Source: a candidate division TA06 bacterium JGI_Cruoil_03_38_101 (GTDB lineage Bacteria; Hydrothermota; UBA3072). Taken from it: 54,478 nt of DNA. Location: assembly GCA_002215665.1 (NCBI GenBank), contig NGFL01000001.1, positions 2,597-57,074 on the forward strand, written 5' to 3'. A program made the translations under genes and the position numbers. The notes beneath the pieces were generated by a model. The model worked only from the letters and a program-made list of their open reading frames with translations, searched no databases and had not been told where the DNA came from. Below are positions 47,914-54,478 of the stretch, piece by piece (positions within the stretch are counted from its first letter, which is position 1; each line of letters opens with the position of its first letter).

Positions 47914-48729
47914 TTATAAAGAGTTTAGGCACCTTTTTATCACTTCGGAAGTTATCGACTTAGAATACCGGATGACCTTTATTGATTTTGGGGGATGGAA
48001 TGGATCTTTTTCTTCCATGAGGAGAATCTGAGAAACTCCCAGGAAAAAGGCGATTGTTGATAGGTCATTTTTCTTTGTGATAAGAGAGGAAACCCTATAG
48101 AGGTCTTTGGGTGTTTTTACCTGGAGGAATTGGTCATCTACTTCAAGATCAGAATAAATCCCAATAACATTAGTCTTTCCTTCCCATTCAGGAAGTCCAA
48201 TAACCTTGCTGTCCCAACTTATAGGAAATCCAAGTAAATCCATTAAGTATTGATAATTGTCTGTTATTGAGGCAGTTCTGGCATTTACTTGGAGATTTAC
48301 GCTTTCCGCTTCATGGATGGAGGTAGTAACAGGATTTTTAAGTAAAAAAGAGAACATATCTATATTTTTTCTATTAAGGTCTATAAATAAGTCAACCGAT
48401 TCATTCTTCAATCGATTCTTCAAACAATAAGTATTGATGAAATTTAAATTCTCAGGATATTTGATTATTTTTACAGGGAACCTTTCAAAATAATCGGTTT
48501 CTCGGTTTTTGGGTAGGAGGACAGTTAAATTAAATTCCTCTGACAACTTTTTGACAATTGGTAAGGAATAAAGGATTTCATGGTTATAAGTTGAAGGACG
48601 AATAGTCACATTTTTAATACCTTCCAAAGGAAATTTAACCTGTTTCGCTGAAAACTTACTCAATAAAGAAAAGATAAACTCCGAGATTTTTCTTACTGGA
48701 TTCAATATTTCCGGCCTTTTCTTCCTCAT
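47914..48729 (-). CDS. hypothetical protein (271 aa), no family recognised
   Basis: Long ORF tightly packed between an FAD oxidase gene (4-nt overlap) and the GT1 gene (6-nt gap). I have only a weak impression of a Rossmann-like GT-B half. Confidence 0.5.
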   Translation of the reverse strand: MRKKRPEILNPVRKISEFIFSLLSKFSAKQVKFPLEGIKNVTIRPSTYNHEILYSLPIVKKLSEEFNLTVLLPKNRETDYFERFPVKIIKYPENLNFINTYCLKNRLKNESVDLFIDLNRKNIDMFSFLLKNPVTTSIHEAESVNLQVNARTASITDNYQYLMDLLGFPISWDSKVIGLPEWEGKTNVIGIYSDLEVDDQFLQVKTPKDLYRVSSLITKKNDLSTIAFFLGVSQILLMEEKDPFHPPKSIKVIRYSKSITSEVIKRCLNSL

Positions 48730-50108
48730 TTAAGAACCTCCATATCAAATATCTTTCCAGGATTCATTATGTTCAAAGGATCAAATTCCTTTTTTATACT
48801 CTTCATTAAATTTATTTCTTTTTCGGTTCTCGAAAAGTGCAGGTATTTTTTCTTCGTAAAACCTATACCATGTTCTCCACTAATCCTGCCACCAAAGGAA
48901 TTTGCTGTTCTGAAGATATCCTGGATGATTTTATCTCCGCCGTCCTTCCATTCCTGTTTTTTAATAATATCTGCATGGAGATTTCCATCCCCTATATGCC
49001 CGAAGGTGTAAATCTCAGTCTTATATTTTATCTCCAGTTCTTTAATTCTGGAGATAAACTCTGGAAGAGAAGATCTTGGAACAACCAAATCCTCAGGTAT
49101 AACTGTTCCAACTCTATCTATAGCTTCAGATATACTGCGTCTAAAATCCCATATCTTTTCCTGCTGGAAGGGTTCTTCTGCAATAAATACATCAGATGCA
49201 TTATTTTCTAAAAACTTTTCTCCAATTTTTTCAAATTTTTCTTCCACATCTTTCTTTGAAAATTCATCAATCTTTACGATAAGGAATGGTCCAGAATCCG
49301 AAAAGGGAGCCTTTTTTTCTGAGTTCTCGATTGTGGCACGAACAGAATCCTTATCAATAAACTCGAGAGCCGAGGGGAGAATTCCTGAAGAGAGAGTGTT
49401 AAAAGCAGCAGTTGCAGCGTCTTTTAACTCTTTGAATGGGGCAAGCAAAGTTGCTGAATAAGGAGGTAGGGGAATTACCTTTAAGAGAATCCTTGTTATT
49501 ACCCCCAAAGTTCCCTCAGACCCAATAAGGAGATTTAGAAGAGAGTAACCGGTTGCGTTTTTTTCCAACTTGCCGCCAAGGAATTCTTTTGAACCATCGG
49601 GGAAAATTACTTCGATGCCTCGAACGTAATTTCTTGTAAGGCCATAACGGAGGCAGTGTGGGCCTCCTGCATTGGTAGATACATTTCCCCCTATTGAACA
49701 GGAATCAATGGATGCAGGATCCGGAGGATAAAAAAGGTTATATTCTTCTAAAAATTTATTTATTTCTCCTGTTATTACGCCGGGTTCAAGCTCCAATATT
49801 AAGTTTTCCTCATCGATATCAGTGATTTTTTTCATTCTCTCAAGGCTAAGAACAATACCACCATAGACAGCAAGAGAAGCTCCTGTCCTGCTGGTTCCAC
49901 CACCTCTTGGGACTACCGGGATTCCTTCTTTTCTAGCTATCTCAAACAATCTTTTAATTTCTTTATCCTCTTTTGAAAGTAAAACAGCATCGGGAACAAA
50001 ATAATAATCACCAGGAGTTTCATCCCTTGCATATTTTTCAAGTCTGTCTCCTTCTTTTATTAGAAGCTCTGAATCGAATTCCTTTTCTAAAATATCTAAT
50101 GATTCCAT
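48726..50108 (-). CDS. FAD-binding oxidoreductase (GlcD / D-lactate dehydrogenase family)
   Basis: PRGGGTSRTGASL FAD-binding PCMH region, PPDPASIDSCSIGGNVSTNAGG, and C-terminal GHIGDGNLH and GEHGIG motifs. Confidence 0.85.
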   Translation of the reverse strand: MESLDILEKEFDSELLIKEGDRLEKYARDETPGDYYFVPDAVLLSKEDKEIKRLFEIARKEGIPVVPRGGGTSRTGASLAVYGGIVLSLERMKKITDIDEENLILELEPGVITGEINKFLEEYNLFYPPDPASIDSCSIGGNVSTNAGGPHCLRYGLTRNYVRGIEVIFPDGSKEFLGGKLEKNATGYSLLNLLIGSEGTLGVITRILLKVIPLPPYSATLLAPFKELKDAATAAFNTLSSGILPSALEFIDKDSVRATIENSEKKAPFSDSGPFLIVKIDEFSKKDVEEKFEKIGEKFLENNASDVFIAEEPFQQEKIWDFRRSISEAIDRVGTVIPEDLVVPRSSLPEFISRIKELEIKYKTEIYTFGHIGDGNLHADIIKKQEWKDGGDKIIQDIFRTANSFGGRISGEHGIGFTKKKYLHFSRTEKEINLMKSIKKEFDPLNIMNPGKIFDMEVLK

Positions 50109-50122
50109 GATTTCATGATTTC

Positions 50123-50150
50123 AAAATAACCCGAATTTTTTTATAGTCAA
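50123..50150 (-). promoter_or_regulatory. candidate promoter TTGACT-N16-TATTTT for the glcD-like operon
   Basis: Reverse complement of 50145-50150 is TTGACT and of 50123-50128 is TATTTT. Confidence 0.35.
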
Positions 50151-50191
50151 GGGAGGAAAAAGTTAATCCCAAAGCGCAGTGAAATAAAAGG

Positions 50192-50220
50192 TTGACATTT
50201 TTTGATGTATTTACTATATT
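50192..50220 (+). promoter_or_regulatory. near-consensus promoter TTGACA-N17-TATATT for the tRNA
   Basis: TTGACA at 50192-50197 and TATATT at 50215-50220. The mature tRNA 5' end is 9 nt downstream. Confidence 0.6.
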
Positions 50221-50228
50221 AAAACACC

Positions 50229-50302
50229 GGCGGCGTAGCTCAGCTGGTTAGAGCAGTGGAATCATAATCCACGTGTCCGGGGTTCGAGTCCCTGCGCCGC
50301 TA
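50229..50302 (+). tRNA. tRNA with CAT anticodon (elongator Met, or Ile2 if lysidine-modified); no encoded CCA
   Basis: Hand-folded cloverleaf. Acceptor GGCGGCG/CGCCGCT (G1-U72). D arm GCTC-AGCTGGTTA-GAGC. Anticodon arm GTGGA-ATCATAA-TCCAC. T arm CGGGG-TTCGAGT-CCCTG. Discriminator A. It lacks the initiator features (C1xA72, three G-C pairs in the anticodon stem). Confidence 0.88.
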
Positions 50303-50320
50303 TTTGATTAAGGAGGGAAA

Positions 50321-51235
50321 ATGTTATTCTTTTTATTCATAGCAGCTCTTATCGTTGGCATTATTTTGATTAGTTCTTCAGGGGTTAAAGCGCAATCAAG
50401 ATTGATACCTATTGGAGTTCTCATTATATCATTTATCTTCCTTGTTGCCTCCATGGTCCGTATTGTAGGTCCTGGTAAGGTTGGTGTCGTTGTTCTTTTT
50501 GGGAAGGTAGAGGATAGAAGCTTAAAGAGCGGAGTTCATCTGGTAAATCCTTTTGCCTCTATTGAGAAGATGAGTGTTAGAACAGAAAGCTATTCAATGA
50601 GCAGTAAAGCCATGGAAGGGGAAGTCCGTGGGGATGATGCTATCGAGGCTCTTACTTCAGAAGGCCTTATGGTCCGACTCGATGTAACGGTCTGGTATCA
50701 CCTAAATCCAGAAGGGGCTGCTGAAGTATATCGAGAACTTGGGCCAGACTATGTTAGAAAGATCGTTCGTCCTGCCATAAGAACATCTATCAGGAACATA
50801 ATCGCCGATTATAAAGTATCTGATATATATACAAAGAATAGGCAGAAGATTGCTCTTGCAATTGAAGAAAACTTAGAGAAGGATCTTAAAGAGAGAAATG
50901 TTGGAGTTGAGAGGGTCCTTCTTCGTGATGTTAAATTGCCTGCGAAAGTGGAAGATAAGATTGAAGAAAAAATGGCAGCAAAACAGGAAGCAGAAAGGAT
51001 GGAATTTGTTCTTCAGAAGGAAGAAAAAGAGGCGACACGGAAAGCAGTTGAAGCAAAAGGTATAGCAGAGGCAAATAGAATTATTTCGATATCCCTTTCA
51101 TCTAGTTATCTACAATGGTACTATATAAAGACTCTGCAACAATTGGTAAATTCGCCAAATAATACGGTGATCGTTGCTCCCTTTGATCAAAAACTCACAC
51201 CTCTTCTTAATATACCCTCAGGAGGAAAGAAATAA
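50321..51235 (+). CDS. SPFH/band 7 (prohibitin/HflK-C-like) membrane protein
   Basis: N-terminal TM segment, then the VGPGKVGVVVLFGKV...SEGL.V.LDV band-7 core and a C-terminal coiled coil. SD AAGGAGGG. Confidence 0.85.
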   Translation: MLFFLFIAALIVGIILISSSGVKAQSRLIPIGVLIISFIFLVASMVRIVGPGKVGVVVLFGKVEDRSLKSGVHLVNPFASIEKMSVRTESYSMSSKAMEGEVRGDDAIEALTSEGLMVRLDVTVWYHLNPEGAAEVYRELGPDYVRKIVRPAIRTSIRNIIADYKVSDIYTKNRQKIALAIEENLEKDLKERNVGVERVLLRDVKLPAKVEDKIEEKMAAKQEAERMEFVLQKEEKEATRKAVEAKGIAEANRIISISLSSSYLQWYYIKTLQQLVNSPNNTVIVAPFDQKLTPLLNIPSGGKK

Positions 51236-52422
51236 CCTCAGCCTTTGATAGATTAGTCTGTGGAGCAGATACAGTTATCCCAAAAGAGGAATTAAAAAAG
51301 AAATTAGAGAAATCTCGTCCTCTTCGTATAAAACTTGGAATTGATCCTACTGCTCCTGATATACATCTTGGTTTTGCCGTAGTTCTTCGTAAGCTTCGGG
51401 AATTTCAGGACTTCGGGCATATTGCTGTTCTTGTCATTGGTGATTTTACAGCCAGGATTGGAGATCCATCTGGAAGGTCGAAAACTAGAAACCCGCTTAC
51501 CAAGGAAGAAGTAAAGGAAAATATAAAAGGTTACAGAAGGCAGATTTTCAAAATACTTGATGAAGAAAAAACAGAATTCAGATATAACTCTGAATGGTTA
51601 TCAAAGTTAACACCATCAGACATTGTAAAAATCTCTTCACAGATTACTGTTGCAAGGCTTCTTGAAAGAGACGACTTTGAAGAAAGATTCAAAGAGGAGC
51701 ATCCCATTGCTCTACATGAATTCTTATATCCCGTTTTCCAGGCATATGATTCGGTTGCCATCCAAGCAGATGTAGAATTGGGAGGAACTGATCAGAAGTG
51801 GAACCATCTCCTTGGGAGGGATATGCAAAGGAGTTTTGGGCAGGAACCCCAGGTAGTATTTCTTATGCCTCTACTTGAAGGTCTGGATGGAGTTAAAAAG
51901 ATGAGCAAATCCTATGATAACTACATAGGTATTGAAGAACCACCAAAAGAGCAGTTTGGTAAAGTGATGTCAATACCTGATGACTTGATCCTGCGATACT
52001 ATAAACTCTGTCTGGGTTATGACGAAGAGTCTCTAAGGAGGGTTGAAAGAAGAGTGGAGTCTGGTGAGAATCCAATGGAGATAAAACTGGATCTTGCAGA
52101 AGAAATTGTTCGATTATATCATTCTGAAGCCAAAGCGAAAAAAGCCGGGGAGGAATTTTTAAAGGTATTCTCAAAAAATGAGGAACCGGAAGATATTGGT
52201 GAATTTTATGTTAAGAAAGGCGAAAAAATCTGGATTGTAGAACTTCTTTATAAAGCAGGTTTGGTTAATTCTATGGGGGATGCGAGGAGATTGATCAAAC
52301 AAGGAGCCCTGAAGATCCATGGAGAAAAGGTTAGTGATTACACCTTAAATATTTCCTTCGAGAAAGAAACTTTCCTCAGGCTTGGCAGGAGAAGATTCTT
52401 AAAGGTAATACCTACCAAATGA
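51232..52422 (+). CDS. tyrS: tyrosyl-tRNA synthetase (Thermus-like type); start assigned to ATA 51232
   Basis: The frame is open from 51211. Translation TSAFDRLVCGADTVIPKEELKKKLEKSRPLRIKLGIDPTAPDIHLGF...GGTDQKWN...KMSKS plus a C-terminal S4-like domain aligns with Thermus TyrRS from its N-terminus. The ORF track shows only the TTG-started C-terminal 214 aa. Confidence 0.85.
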   Translation: MTSAFDRLVCGADTVIPKEELKKKLEKSRPLRIKLGIDPTAPDIHLGFAVVLRKLREFQDFGHIAVLVIGDFTARIGDPSGRSKTRNPLTKEEVKENIKGYRRQIFKILDEEKTEFRYNSEWLSKLTPSDIVKISSQITVARLLERDDFEERFKEEHPIALHEFLYPVFQAYDSVAIQADVELGGTDQKWNHLLGRDMQRSFGQEPQVVFLMPLLEGLDGVKKMSKSYDNYIGIEEPPKEQFGKVMSIPDDLILRYYKLCLGYDEESLRRVERRVESGENPMEIKLDLAEEIVRLYHSEAKAKKAGEEFLKVFSKNEEPEDIGEFYVKKGEKIWIVELLYKAGLVNSMGDARRLIKQGALKIHGEKVSDYTLNISFEKETFLRLGRRRFLKVIPTK

Positions 52423-53348
52423 GATACCTTGTTAGTGGGGGTGCAGGATTCATAGGTTCAAGTCTCGTTCGAACTTTATTGAATGAGGGACATGAAATTT
52501 TCATCCTTGATAATTTAATTACCGGAAAATATTCAAATATTGAAAATATTAAGGGTGAAAAGCGAGTTGAATTTAAAGAACACGACATAACTGAACCCTT
52601 TGATCCTGGAGAAATTGATGGTATCTATCACCTAGCCTCAATTGGGAGTGTCTATCATTATCAAACTAATCCGATCCAAACATTGAGAGTGGGTTCTCTT
52701 GGTACTGAGAGTATGCTCAAACTGGCACAGGAGAAAGGTTGTAGAATTGTCTTTACCTCTTCATCGGAAATATATGGAAGCCCCCGGGTCCATCCTCAAA
52801 AAGAGGACTATTGGGGCTATGTTAATCCTGTGGGTATACGAAGTGTATATGATGAATCCAAAAGATATGCTGAATCTCTACTAATGGCATATCATCGGAA
52901 ATATAATGTTGATATTGGAATAGCCAGGATATTCAATACCTATGGTCCTTATATGGATCCTGAAGACAGAAGGGTTGTCCCAAATTTTATTACTCAGGCT
53001 CTAAAGGGCAAACCTCTTACTATCTATGGAGATGGTTCTCAGACAAGAAGTTTTTGCTATGTTGATGATACTGTAAGAGCTTTGATGAAACTAATGGAAT
53101 CAGATTATTGCGAGCCTGTTAATATAGGCAATCCTTATGAATTGACAATAAAAGAATTTGCCGATATTATCGCTGACCTCATCGGAGTGCCTAGGAAATA
53201 TGAATATAAGGAGCTACCAGAGAACGATCCTCTCAGGAGAAAACCGGATATTTCAAGAGCAAAACAGGTCCTCAATTGGGAACCAGAAATCCCTCTAAAA
53301 GAGGGCCTTCAAAGGACAATCGAATGGTTCAGGAAAAAATTACAATAA
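52419..53348 (+). CDS. UDP-glucuronate decarboxylase (UDP-xylose synthase)-like SDR
   Basis: VSGGAGFIGSSL, SSSEIYGSPRVHPQKEDYWGYVNPVGIRSVYDESKRYAE and ARIFNTYGP motifs. Confidence 0.85.
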   Translation: MRYLVSGGAGFIGSSLVRTLLNEGHEIFILDNLITGKYSNIENIKGEKRVEFKEHDITEPFDPGEIDGIYHLASIGSVYHYQTNPIQTLRVGSLGTESMLKLAQEKGCRIVFTSSSEIYGSPRVHPQKEDYWGYVNPVGIRSVYDESKRYAESLLMAYHRKYNVDIGIARIFNTYGPYMDPEDRRVVPNFITQALKGKPLTIYGDGSQTRSFCYVDDTVRALMKLMESDYCEPVNIGNPYELTIKEFADIIADLIGVPRKYEYKELPENDPLRRKPDISRAKQVLNWEPEIPLKEGLQRTIEWFRKKLQ

Positions 53349-54286
53349 TCGTTCCAGCCTACAACGAAAGTGATAACTTGGCACCCCTTATGGAAGAAAT
53401 CAATGATATGATTAATGAGGATGGAAGGGTTTATGAAGTCGTCCTGATAGATGATGGGAGCTCTGATGGGACCTATGAAGAAGCTAAAAGGTTAAAAGAA
53501 AAGTATCCATATCTGAGGGTTTACCATCATCGAATCAATCTTGGCAAAACAGAAGCAATTCTTACAGGCTTTAGACATTCTGATGCTCCTGTAATAGTTA
53601 TTATGGATGCAGATTTACAGTTTGATGCATATGATATCCCAAAACTTTTGGATGAAATGGAGAAAGGTTATGATATAGTTACCGGTTGGAAACAGGGAGA
53701 GTACCAGAAAAAATTTGTTTCATCGATTTATAACTACCTCTCCCGTCATCTATTTCATCTACCAATACATGATCAAAATGCTATTAAAGCACTGAGAAGC
53801 AAAGTGTTAGAGCAGATAAACTTAAGAAAAGATTGGCATCGTTATATAGTGGCTCTCGCGATAAACAAAGGTTTTAAAGTATCCGAGGTTAAAGTTAAAC
53901 TCAGAAAGCGTAAATTTGGAAGGTCAAAATATGCAGGAAAGGGTAGGGTTGTGATTGGGGTTATGGATCTTCTATCAGTTAAGATGCAGATTTCTCTTTT
54001 AAAGAAGCCTTTCCTTTTTTTCGGAACTTTAGGAGGAGTTCTGATAATCCTTGGGGTTCTTGTTGGAATATACGGGCTAATCCAGCGATTTGTCTATCAG
54101 CATGGATATCGCCCTATTCTATATCTTGTAATTCTTCTAATAGTTTCAGGGTTAGTGCTCTTTACTGTGGGTTTTATTACGGAAGCAATAACCGCATTAT
54201 CTGAAAGAATAAAAAGGCTTGAAAGGGAGGTTATTCAGCGTGGGTCTTCGTCAGGCTCTGAAGAAGACAAGAAACAAGATAAGTAA
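53324..54286 (+). CDS. GT2 polyprenyl-phosphate glycosyltransferase with two C-terminal TM helices (ArnC/GtrB-like)
   Basis: IIVPAYNESDNL...IDDGSSDGT...MDADLQ catalytic half, then two hydrophobic helices. ATG 53324 is preferred over the ORF-track start at 53276. Confidence 0.8.
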   Translation: MVQEKITIIVPAYNESDNLAPLMEEINDMINEDGRVYEVVLIDDGSSDGTYEEAKRLKEKYPYLRVYHHRINLGKTEAILTGFRHSDAPVIVIMDADLQFDAYDIPKLLDEMEKGYDIVTGWKQGEYQKKFVSSIYNYLSRHLFHLPIHDQNAIKALRSKVLEQINLRKDWHRYIVALAINKGFKVSEVKVKLRKRKFGRSKYAGKGRVVIGVMDLLSVKMQISLLKKPFLFFGTLGGVLIILGVLVGIYGLIQRFVYQHGYRPILYLVILLIVSGLVLFTVGFITEAITALSERIKRLEREVIQRGSSSGSEEDKKQDK

Positions 54287-54478
54287 GGATATGCGGAACC
54301 TCCTGGGGAGGAGGGATCCTGAATTATTGACGGATATTGAGGATCTTTTAATCCAGGCGGACCTTGGAGTATTGACAACAGAAAGGTTGCTTGAAGTTCT
54401 CGAAAGAAAGACCCCTGGAGAATATTATTCATCCATCAAAGAGGAATTAATCCACCTCCTTTCCGATGCGGAGAAAAA
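54240..54478 (+). CDS. ftsY: signal recognition particle receptor FtsY, N-terminal fragment (runs off the window)
   Basis: GTG 54240 lies 9 nt after GGGAGG. Translation GLRQALKKTRNKISKDMRNLLGRRDPELLTDIEDLLIQADLGVLTTERLLEVL matches the start of the FtsY N domain (LKKTR...LEE-LI-ADVGV-TT). The frame is open to the window end. Confidence 0.8.
   Translation, partial: MGLRQALKKTRNKISKDMRNLLGRRDPELLTDIEDLLIQADLGVLTTERLLEVLERKTPGEYYSSIKEELIHLLSDAEK

Noticed and set aside
50229-50302. tRNA gene as an integration site for a genomic island
   Set aside because: There is no integrase, no direct repeat of the tRNA 3' end downstream, and the flanking genes (FAD oxidase, SPFH, tyrS) are ordinary core genes of uniform composition.
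53276-53323. ORF-track start of the GT2 gene at 53276
   Set aside because: The first 16 codons lie inside the UXS-like gene and are not GT2-like. ATG 53324 gives the canonical MVQEKITIIVPAYNE opening.

Overview
AT-rich, very gene-dense chromosomal segment that looks like the core genome of an uncultivated Gram-negative (diderm) bacterium. LolA and secreted TPR proteins suggest an outer membrane. Strong Shine-Dalgarno (SD) sites and TTGACA/TATAAT-type promoters argue against Bacteroidota-style expression signals. I count about 57 protein genes and one tRNA(CAT). Content is mostly housekeeping: prfB, serS, tyrS, efp, ftsK, ftsY, a ClpB/C-type chaperone, the leuA-leuC-leuD-leuB operon, pncA-pncB NAD salvage, ruvX, mltG and nfi. 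There are also three small envelope-glycan clusters. I saw no CRISPR array, transposase, integrase, phage gene or rRNA. Several features are not visible in the ORF track. (1) prfB needs a programmed +1 frameshift (ATG 1365, in-frame TGA 1416-1418). (2) Three genes are split by 1-nt frame changes inside homopolymer runs: a radical SAM enzyme, the Clp ATPase and a GT1 glycosyltransferase. These are probably assembly errors but could be real pseudogenes. (3) tyrS and the Clp ATPase have no ATG/GTG/TTG upstream of conserved N-terminal sequence; each has an SD-positioned ATA next to the stop codon of an upstream ORF. (4) Both window edges carry partial genes (MoxR-like tail, ftsY head). (5) A highly acidic TPR protein carries near-identical 54-nt x4 and 81-nt x2 in-frame tandem repeats, one unit encoding PPP, at the head of an operon with pepP and efp. 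(6) A seven-gene overlapping operon runs rocD-apbE-radical SAM-NusG-II-Gx transporter-DUF4321-rhomboid. This operon is the best candidate here for an undescribed functional module. All product calls come from motif recognition by eye; no searches were run.
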